7,116 nt of DNA from a virus (taxonomy: Duplodnaviria; Heunggongvirae; Uroviricota; Caudoviricetes). A program made the translations under genes and the position numbers. Under the pieces are notes generated by a model, which was not told the origin of the DNA, searched no databases, and worked only from the letters and a program-made list of their open reading frames with translations. The DNA lies in the IMG/VR virus record IMGVR_UViG_2651869696_000014; one strand, given 5' to 3'. Positions 6,354 to 7,116 of the stretch are shown here, in pieces. Numbering within the stretch: position 1 is the first letter of the stretch; every line of letters starts with the position of its first letter.

Positions 6354-6650
6354 TTATACCTCTGAATCAATATCAACCTGGTGGTGAGCAATGGTTTCAA
6401 CCATGTACCGGATGTGTTCTGCCATGCGCTCCTGAAACTCAACATCGTCATCAAACGCACGGGTAATGGCTTTTTTGCTGGCCCCGTGGCGTTGCAAATG
6501 ACCGATGCATAGCGATTCAAACAGGTGCTGGGGCAGGCCTTTTTCCATGTCGTCTGCCAGTTCTGCCTCTTTCTCTTCACGGGCGATCTGCTGGTAGTGA
6601 CGCGCCCAGCTCTGAGCCTCAAGACGATCCTGAATGTAATAAGCGTTCAT
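6354..6650 (-). CDS. gam: Gam (GamS form, 98 aa), RecBCD inhibitor
   Basis: Translation [48 protein letters not shown]...[10 protein letters not shown] matches the short form of lambda Gam. AGGAG lies 7 nt upstream of the ATG. Confidence 0.92.
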   Translation of the reverse strand: MNAYYIQDRLEAQSWARHYQQIAREEKEAELADDMEKGLPQHLFESLCIGHLQRHGASKKAITRAFDDDVEFQERMAEHIRYMVETIAHHQVDIDSEV

Positions 6651-6704
6651 GGCTGAACTCCTGAAAATGGCTGTGAAAATATCGCCCGCGAAATGCCAGG
6701 CTGA

Positions 6705-6785
6705 TTAGGAAAACAGGAAAGGGGGGTAGTGAATGCTTTTGCTTGATCTCAGTTTCTGTATTAATATCCATTTTTTATAAGCGTC
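6705..6785 (-). pseudogene. kil: Probable 3' remnant of kil, truncated at its 5' side by IS1
   Basis: Minus-strand frame open from the IS1 boundary reads ...[26 protein letters not shown] then stop at 6705-6707. In lambda, kil lies immediately upstream of and overlapping the long gam start. No start codon remains; the frame runs into the IS1 inverted repeat. Identification rests mainly on position. Confidence 0.4.
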
Positions 6786-6808
6786 GGTGATGCTGCCAAC
6801 TTACTGAT
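6786..6808 (+). repeat. IS1 left terminal inverted repeat (IRL)
   Basis: GGTGATGCTGCCAACTTACTGAT read directly in the sequence. Confidence 0.85.
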
Positions 6809-6840
6809 TTAGTGTATGATGGTGTTTTTGAGGTGCTCCA

Positions 6841-7116
6841 GTGGCTTCTGTTTCTATCAGCTGTCCCTCCTGTTCAGCTACTGACGGGGTGGTGCGTAAC
6901 GGCAAAAGCACCGCCGGACATCAGCGCTATCTCTGCTCTCACTGCCGTAAAACATGGCAACTGCAGTTCACTTACACCGCTTCTCAACCCGGTACGCACC
7001 AGAAAATCATTGATATGGCCATGAATGGCGTTGGATGCCGGGCAACTGCCCGCATTATGGGCGTTGGCCTCAACACGATTTTACGTCACTTAAAAAACTC
7101 AGGCCGCAGTCGGTAA
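6841..7116 (+). CDS. insA: IS1 InsA (91 aa), transposition repressor and N-terminal part of the InsAB' transposase
   Basis: Translation [91 protein letters not shown] matches InsA. The stop codon is the last three bases of the window. Confidence 0.96.
7099..7107 (+). promoter_or_regulatory. IS1 programmed -1 ribosomal frameshift motif (TTAAAAAAC, the A6C slippery site)
   Basis: The A6C run sits near the 3' end of insA at the known position for the InsA-to-InsAB' frameshift. The downstream insB' frame is outside the window. Confidence 0.7.

Larger units (their letters stand above)
6786..7116 (+). mobile_element. IS1 insertion sequence, partial (left end and insA only; continues beyond the window)
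   Basis: Begins with the IS1 left inverted repeat GGTGATGCTGCCAACTTACTGAT at 6786-6808, followed by insA at the canonical offset. IS1 is about 768 bp, so roughly the first 331 bp are in the window. Confidence 0.93.

Noticed and set aside
5880-6622. ORFs 5880..6200 (-), 5911..6210 (+), 6194..6466 (+) and 6308..6622 (-)
   Set aside because: Alternative-frame or antisense ORFs inside bet and gam.
6651-6771. Annotating gam as the long 138-aa form
   Set aside because: The upstream ATG at 6771 is out of frame with gamS and the in-frame upstream codons hit a stop at 6705-6707; only the 98-aa ORF is intact.
6812-7024. Plus-strand ORF 6812..7024 inside IS1
   Set aside because: Overlaps insA in another frame; IS1 is known to encode only insA and insB' here.
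1-7116. Engineered defective-lambda Red recombineering cassette
   Set aside because: A mosaic int, a non-lambda ea22-slot module and an IS1 insertion, with no marker or vector sequence, point to a natural lambdoid prophage.
1-7116. attP/attL core, tRNA genes, CRISPR repeats
   Set aside because: No regularly spaced direct repeats or tRNA-like structures were found. The att site would lie left of the int stop, outside the window.

Overview
This window is the early-left region of a lambda-type (lambdoid) prophage. Every gene except the last is on the minus strand, in the same order as phage lambda: int (1-1074), xis (1052-1270), small accessory genes (orf55-like, Ea8.5-like), a variable module in the ea22 slot (1962-3934), a TraR/DksA-family zinc-finger gene, three small genes in the orf60a/orf63/orf61 positions, and the complete Red recombination operon exo-bet-gam (4886-6650). 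Upstream of gam, kil appears to be cut by an IS1 element whose left inverted repeat begins at 6786; the window ends exactly at the insA stop codon. The most interesting content is the ea22-slot module: an Ead/Ea22-like protein, a ~251-aa protein with tRNA-guanine transglycosylase (TGT) superfamily motifs that I interpret as a DpdA-like DNA 7-deazaguanine transglycosylase, and a DUF550/DUF551-type protein, all translationally coupled. No rRNA, tRNA or CRISPR features were seen. All calls come from reading the translations and from recalled knowledge of lambda and these protein families; no database search or computation was run, so family assignments other than Int, Xis, Exo, Bet, Gam and IS1 InsA are hypotheses.
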